Position numbers and translations under genes: made by a program. Below the pieces are notes generated by a model. That model was not told where the DNA came from and made no database searches. It saw nothing but the letters and a program-made list of their open reading frames with translations. Of a stretch of DNA of 64,000 bases, positions 59,505 through 64,000 are shown in pieces; the stretch's first letter is position 1; each line of letters begins with the position of its first letter. This DNA comes from an uncultured Desulfobacterales bacterium. Lineage in GTDB: Bacteria > Desulfobacterota > Desulfobacteria > Desulfobacterales > CAJINA01. Location of the stretch: the NCBI GenBank assembly GCA_964636125.1, contig CAZWPX010000003.1, forward strand, positions 35,606-99,605, read 5' to 3'.

Positions 59505-59969
59505 ATGGTCGATTTATCCGGTGACATATCGGGATTGGTTTTAAAAGGCTCCATCAAAGGCAACCTGGGGGAATTTTCGTTAGACAGCCACATGCTGCAA
59601 GTGCTCATGCAACTGGATGGAAAAAAACCGCTCGCGGCAGTAGCAAAATCGTTAAACATTGAACCGGCTACCATAAAAATGGTTATCGCTAAATTAGGGG
59701 AGCTTGGCCTCGTCGCTGAAGCGGCACCCGTTGTACCCGGCATCAGCAAAGAATTCATCGACTATCTGCTCAGTCAGCTCGCAAACGCCATGGGACCGAT
59801 TGCAGAAGTCATTTTCGAGGATGAAATAGAGCAATTCGGCGGTGATCCGACAAATATCCCCAAAAGCCGGGCTGCGGAACTGATTACGCGGTTGGCCAAT
59901 GAAATCCCGCGCGAAGAAAGACGGCTTGAATTCCAACAGGCCATGGTCGCCCGGCTCAAGTTAATCTAA
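59505..59969 (+). CDS. Hypothetical protein with a winged-helix-like N-terminal half and a conserved-looking MGPIAEVIFED C-terminal half
   Basis: 154 aa. LQVLMQLDGKKPLAAVAKSLNIEPATIKMVIAKLGELGLV resembles a MarR/DUF742-style wHTH. GGAGGAGAACAG lies upstream of the ATG. Confidence 0.55.
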   Translation: MVDLSGDISGLVLKGSIKGNLGEFSLDSHMLQVLMQLDGKKPLAAVAKSLNIEPATIKMVIAKLGELGLVAEAAPVVPGISKEFIDYLLSQLANAMGPIAEVIFEDEIEQFGGDPTNIPKSRAAELITRLANEIPREERRLEFQQAMVARLKLI

Positions 59970-60078
59970 GCCGGCCATTGTCCGGATGACATGGCAGCCA
60001 GGAGCGGGCAATTTTCCCGTTGACAGCGGTTGCTCTGCGTTGCAAGAAAATCGTGAATAAATGAATCAAGGAGACACC

Positions 60079-61314
60079 ATGACAGTATCAGTTATCTGTG
60101 AAGAGTGCGGCAAAGTTTACCACATCCCGGTTGCGAAACTGGACAAGATAAAAGGGGCTGTGGTGAAAACCAAATGCAAAGACTGCGGGCACATCATACA
60201 GATACAAAAAGAGCAAAAAGTCCATGTTGCGACCCAGGAATTTGACAGCCTGGAAGAGATCGCCGAGGAAGGATTCAGTGCAGACGAATTCGACGATGAA
60301 GATTTTGACAATTTGGAAAAAGCTTTTCAGGAATCCGCCCAGGAGGCTGCCGAAGAGGCTGCCCAGGAATCTGCCAGCGCATCGACTGCAGCAGTTGCGC
60401 CTAAGAAAAAGAAGGCCGCCAAGAAAAATAAATTCGGCCTGGGGCTTCGGTTGAAAATGATCTTGCTGTTTATGATCGTTCCGCTGGTACTCATGTCCGT
60501 GTCAGGGTTTCTGACCCAGCGGCAGATGAACACTTTGACAAATGATATTACCATTGAGAGCACCAATATTCTTAAACAGATGGGTGAGGCGAATATTGCA
60601 GGTACCGGGACTGCGGTTGCCACGCAGTGCAAGTTGTACCTGGATGCCAACCCCAACCTCAAACGGGAGGATTTCAGATCCGACGCGTTATTGAGCAAAA
60701 TGGGCGTTCAGAAGGTTGGGAAAACCGGTTACACCGCCCTCTATTCCACTGGTCCTTTCAGAACATGGCTCCATCCGAATCCAAAGCTTCACGGCGTTCA
60801 GCTCACCAAAATCATAAAAAAGCCCCTGGGGTCTGAATACCCTCGATTTTTTAAAATAATTGCCGCTGTGGAAAAGGGAAAGAACGTAAAAAGCAGCGGC
60901 TACTATCTCTGGCAGGACGCGGATGGATCCAAGAAAGAGAAATTTATGACCCTCACCCCGATAGCCGGAACTGAATTCGGTATCGCCGCCACAACTTATA
61001 TTCACGAATTTACCAGCCCGCTTAGAGAACTGGAAACACGGACTGAATCCCTTGCGGTTGCTTCCCGAAACCTTAGCCTTATCACCATTATCGGAACCAT
61101 CGTCATTATCGGCCTTATCGTCGCCCTGTACGGCCACAATCTTGTCTCAAAAATTCGCCACCTTACCGATGTGGCCGACCGGATCAGTGTGGGCGAGCTG
61201 GATGCTGAAATCAAGATCAAATCCAAAGATGAGATCGGCAGTCTGGCAGAGGCGATCACGAGAATGCAGGACAGTCTTAGTCTTTCAATTGCCCGGCTAC
61301 GGAAAAAAAGGTAA
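60079..61314 (+). CDS. Zinc-ribbon (MJ0042-type) / acidic linker / TM / Cache-like periplasmic domain / TM / HAMP protein lacking any output domain
   Basis: The ATG at 60079 follows AAGGAGA. CEECGKVYHI...CKDCGHII. TM segments MILLFMIVPLVLMSVSGFL and LITIIGTIVIIGLIVALY flank about 190 aa containing GKTGYTALY...GYYLWQDADGSKKEKFMTLTPI. The protein ends right after the HAMP domain (DEIGSLAEAITRMQDSL). Confidence 0.7.
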   Translation: MTVSVICEECGKVYHIPVAKLDKIKGAVVKTKCKDCGHIIQIQKEQKVHVATQEFDSLEEIAEEGFSADEFDDEDFDNLEKAFQESAQEAAEEAAQESASASTAAVAPKKKKAAKKNKFGLGLRLKMILLFMIVPLVLMSVSGFLTQRQMNTLTNDITIESTNILKQMGEANIAGTGTAVATQCKLYLDANPNLKREDFRSDALLSKMGVQKVGKTGYTALYSTGPFRTWLHPNPKLHGVQLTKIIKKPLGSEYPRFFKIIAAVEKGKNVKSSGYYLWQDADGSKKEKFMTLTPIAGTEFGIAATTYIHEFTSPLRELETRTESLAVASRNLSLITIIGTIVIIGLIVALYGHNLVSKIRHLTDVADRISVGELDAEIKIKSKDEIGSLAEAITRMQDSLSLSIARLRKKR

Positions 61315-61332
61315 GCCGCCGTAGGAGTTTAT

Positions 61333-62328
61333 ATGATAGTCATGCCCAAAAACAGGCCGGTTGTGCAAGGCCTTAACAGCTTCTTTCTGAACGTGGGACG
61401 GTTTGTGGAACATTTCAGCGGTGAAGTTTCCACTGCCGGTATTCATTTCCATTCCAACAGGGCCGAAGGGGTTATTTTCATTGACGAGCACAGCGTTTTA
61501 AATGGTATATTCTCCGGTAAAAACGGTATGTTAAAAGGTTCTGAGGCTGTCGACCACCTTATCCAGAATGCCGGTGAAAACACATGGGTGGTTTCGGTCT
61601 ATGAAATCGGCCCCGAACAGATTCACTACTGGTCCAACCTGCCCAATGCTGAATTGATCCATGGCAAACTGTCCACCGAGTTTACAGATCTGAAAAAACT
61701 GATTATCAAAATGCAGTCCGAGAAACTCACCGGCTACGTAGAGGTTACCCTGAACAGCCTGCAGGACAAAGGAGCTATATTCCTCAACATGGGCAGTATT
61801 TCCGGTGCCCTCTTTCCCTGGAACCGGGAAAAACTGACCAATTCACGTCGGGACATGGAAAAACTTATCACCACCAGTGAGAAAGCAGGGGGTGAGTTTA
61901 ATGTTTACCAGGTTAAACTGATTAACAACAGTTTTGCCGAGACGGTCGAGATCGCCCGCAACGCTAAAAAATCAGATGGTCCCGAGATGCGTCTCGCCAT
62001 CATAGAAGAATTGCTCAACATTTTCGAGAATACGTTTAAGTCCAACCACAAAGGCAAGGCCAAATTTAAAACACTGTTAAGGCGCAAATTCGTCGAGAAA
62101 GCGGACCAGTATGAATTCCTGGACCCTTTCGCAGCAGAATTCCAATACACCGATGGTACAATAGAGTTTAGCGGAGATGCAAGTTTGGCTATCCTGGCCA
62201 GGGGAATGGTCGATTGCATTAAAGAAATCGCTGAAGAAGTTGATATCTATTACCCCCTCTTAAAGGCAATTGTCCCCTGGACGGAAAAATACGCTGCAGA
62301 AATCGACAACGCGGAAGCGGGGTTCTGA
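61333..62328 (+). CDS. Hypothetical protein with two DUF4388/PATAN-like repeats and a novel C-terminal domain
   Basis: 331 aa. Two segments fit the DUF4388 pattern (FVEHFSGEVSTAGIHF...GVIFIDEHSVLNG...GSEAV and LIIKMQSEKLTGYVEV...GAIFLNMGSISGA). No receiver domain is present. Confidence 0.5.
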   Translation: MIVMPKNRPVVQGLNSFFLNVGRFVEHFSGEVSTAGIHFHSNRAEGVIFIDEHSVLNGIFSGKNGMLKGSEAVDHLIQNAGENTWVVSVYEIGPEQIHYWSNLPNAELIHGKLSTEFTDLKKLIIKMQSEKLTGYVEVTLNSLQDKGAIFLNMGSISGALFPWNREKLTNSRRDMEKLITTSEKAGGEFNVYQVKLINNSFAETVEIARNAKKSDGPEMRLAIIEELLNIFENTFKSNHKGKAKFKTLLRRKFVEKADQYEFLDPFAAEFQYTDGTIEFSGDASLAILARGMVDCIKEIAEEVDIYYPLLKAIVPWTEKYAAEIDNAEAGF

Positions 62329-62331
62329 AAA

Positions 62332-63399
62332 ATGACTCAAAATGTACTGATCGTAGACGATGATCACATCTGGCTGCGACTGATCAAAAATAAATTTGAG
62401 AACTACAGCGGTACGTTCACAACCCTCACCGCTCTTGACGGCGAACAGGCCGTCGATAACTTGAAACATAACATGGTGTCTCTCGTGGTGACGGACATGC
62501 AGATGCCCAAGATGGATGGCCTGGCCCTATTGGCCCACCTGTCTGAAAACTACCCGGATATACCGGTAATTATAATGACCGCCTACAGCACGCCCACTTC
62601 TAAAAAAGCTGTGCTTGGCCAGGGCGCTGCCGCCTATATCGAAAAACCATTCGTGGTTGAAGACCTGGCCACAAAGATTATCAAAACTTTACAGAAAGAA
62701 ACCGAAGGCGGGACCCTCCAGACAGTTCCCCTGGATATGTTTATCCAGCTTATCGAAATGGAGCAAAAAACCTGTACCATTCGAGTTGTCAACAAGGCCA
62801 CCGGGAAAAAAGGCATCCTGTTTTTCCTCAAGGGTGATTTGATGGATGCCAGGATCAATAATCGCCAGGGCAACAAGGCGGCCTATGAAATTTTCGCCTG
62901 GGACAGTGTGACGCTATCCATTCAGGATGAATGCGCCATTCAGGAAAAAAAGATAAAGGGCGAACTCCAGGCCATTCTTTTTGAAGCAATGCGCATGAAA
63001 GACGAGGCCGCTGGCGAACCGGAGGATTTTGACGAGAAAACGCCTGAACCCGCCAAAGAGCCGCCCAGGCCAGCGCCGGTTAAAAAGGCACCTAAAAAAG
63101 CAGCGCCGCCACCCAAGCCGGTACGCCTCTCCTATCCGGAAATACTGAGAAAAAAATATCATTCCGCAGCAGGTACGACAGCCGGACTGGAGGACATTTA
63201 TACGGACGAATCCTGGTATGAATTGTTGGAACACGCCAAGCTGATAGCGCCTTTTTTTGCCTCTGGGCCTTTGAGGTTGTGTTTCATAAACAGAGGCGCT
63301 AGATTAAACCTGATCGTGATTCCCCGGGAGGAACCCACTGTTCTGGCGGTGACTGCGGACTGCCCCCGTGACCAGGTTTTGGAGGTGTTGAGAAAGTAA
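62332..63399 (+). CDS. Response regulator: REC + DUF4388 (PATAN-type) + Pro/Lys-rich linker + small C-terminal domain
   Basis: 355 aa. Canonical REC (VDDD, VVTDMQMPKMDG, IIMTAYS, IEKPF). DUF4388 pattern GTLQTVPLDMFIQLIEMEQKTCTIRV...GILFFLKGDLMDA. Linker KEPPRPAPVKKAPKKAAPPPKP. Confidence 0.8.
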   Translation: MTQNVLIVDDDHIWLRLIKNKFENYSGTFTTLTALDGEQAVDNLKHNMVSLVVTDMQMPKMDGLALLAHLSENYPDIPVIIMTAYSTPTSKKAVLGQGAAAYIEKPFVVEDLATKIIKTLQKETEGGTLQTVPLDMFIQLIEMEQKTCTIRVVNKATGKKGILFFLKGDLMDARINNRQGNKAAYEIFAWDSVTLSIQDECAIQEKKIKGELQAILFEAMRMKDEAAGEPEDFDEKTPEPAKEPPRPAPVKKAPKKAAPPPKPVRLSYPEILRKKYHSAAGTTAGLEDIYTDESWYELLEHAKLIAPFFASGPLRLCFINRGARLNLIVIPREEPTVLAVTADCPRDQVLEVLRK

Positions 63400-63749
63400 T
63401 GAAAGAACTTTTCAATGACATCATGGGTCTTAAGGGCGTGAACGGCGCACTGTTCATAGATGCGAATCGCCAGATTAAGCTTGAAGCATATAACTTCTCG
63501 CCCGCACCCCGCCTAAAACCGCACGACCTTGCGGCCTTCATAAAAGCACTGGGAGACAATAAGGAAACTGAGCTGCATTTTGAAAACCTGAGGCTCTATA
63601 TCAGAAAAATAGAGACTGGACACCTCTTCCTCCTAACCGGATACAACGCCCAGATGGCCCTGGTTCGCCTGAATTGTGATGTCCTGGCACCCATGATCAA
63701 AGCCCACCTTGTAAAGCCTACCGGGATTGGCCGCTTTTTCAAGAAATAA
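63399..63749 (+). CDS. Second Roadblock/LC7-like small protein, with start overlapping the response regulator stop
   Basis: 116 aa. TAATG overlap. GLKGVNGALFIDANRQI ... GHLFLLTGYNAQMALVRL resembles the Roadblock fold pattern. Confidence 0.5.
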   Translation: MKELFNDIMGLKGVNGALFIDANRQIKLEAYNFSPAPRLKPHDLAAFIKALGDNKETELHFENLRLYIRKIETGHLFLLTGYNAQMALVRLNCDVLAPMIKAHLVKPTGIGRFFKK

Positions 63750-63862
63750 TACCGGCCCCGGACGAACAAGCCGCTCCCCATTTGACTAATCCCGCAGGCG
63801 CTCCCTATAAATCATGTGGCCCCCCTGCCTGTGCAATTTTTAGAGCAATCGCAATAAAATAT

Positions 63863-63891
63863 TTGAATTATTATACAAATCACTATATAAT
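63863..63891 (+). promoter_or_regulatory. Near-consensus sigma70 promoter for the downstream response-regulator gene
   Basis: TTGAAT (63863-63868), a 17-nt spacer, then TATAAT (63886-63891), about 40 nt upstream of a GAGGA RBS and the ATG at 63933. A second candidate, TTGACT-18-TATAAA, lies at 63782-63811. Confidence 0.55.
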
Positions 63892-63932
63892 ACGCTCAAT
63901 TAAAAATGCGTATATGGCCAATGAGGATCCAC

Positions 63933-64000
63933 ATGAAAAAGAATGTCCTGGTTGTTGATGACGATCGCATTTTGAGACACCTGATAAAAAAGAAATTCCA
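63933..64000 (+). CDS. Response regulator receiver domain protein (5' fragment, continues beyond the window)
   Basis: MKKNVLVVDDDRILRHLIKKKF is a typical REC N-terminus. GAGGA RBS. Confidence 0.7.
   Translation, partial: MKKNVLVVDDDRILRHLIKKKF

Noticed and set aside
63817-63835. Second TGGC...TGC box, considered as a sigma54 promoter for the trailing REC gene.
   Set aside because: The GG and GC dinucleotides are not in the required 12-nt register. Two good sigma70-type promoters lie nearby instead.
1-64000. Search for CRISPR arrays, tRNA/rRNA genes, transposases, integrases, toxin-antitoxin pairs or classical defence islands.
   Set aside because: By eye I found no regularly spaced direct repeats, no tRNA-like T-arm or acceptor patterns in intergenic gaps, and no ORF with recognisable transposase, integrase, restriction or toxin motifs. 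Their absence should be confirmed with tRNAscan-SE, Infernal and defence-system finder tools.

Overview
The window is 64 kb of chromosomal DNA. By gene content it looks like a sulfate-reducer-type deltaproteobacterium (Desulfobacterales-like); that taxonomic call is inference only. Coding density is high, with about 60 protein genes. I recognised no rRNA, tRNA, CRISPR array, transposase or prophage genes. Most genes are housekeeping: glmM, prfC, miaB, recJ, tex, dtd, folE2, rpoZ, greA, psd, tsaB, lon, pilD, uup and ygiQ. Three regions stand out. (1) 57.6-64.0 kb holds a tightly packed same-strand cluster. It opens with a Roadblock/LC7 gene and an MglA-type Ras-like GTPase (mglBA-like). It continues with two orphan proteins, a zinc-ribbon/Cache/HAMP membrane protein with no output domain, a tandem DUF4388-like protein, a REC-DUF4388-proline-rich response regulator whose stop overlaps the start of a second Roadblock-like gene, and a further response regulator. 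I regard this as the best candidate for an undescribed GTPase-centred signalling or polarity system. It shares parts with the Myxococcus MglA/MglB/RomR/MglC module and with actinobacterial conservons, but matches neither. (2) 4.3-13.9 kb (minus strand) holds a Tat-exported molybdopterin oxidoreductase operon (REC-A-B-C-chaperone). Its catalytic subunit carries signatures I associate with respiratory arsenate reductase ArrA. Upstream lie a sigma54-type promoter and palindrome, a membrane-anchored HAMP-GAF sigma54 activator and a PhnD/AioX-like periplasmic binding protein. (3) 19.5-20.5 kb holds related structured repeat elements flanking a small membrane-protein gene, including a 27-nt duplication of that gene's 3' end. 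All calls rest on reading the ORF translations and the DNA by eye. No database search was possible.
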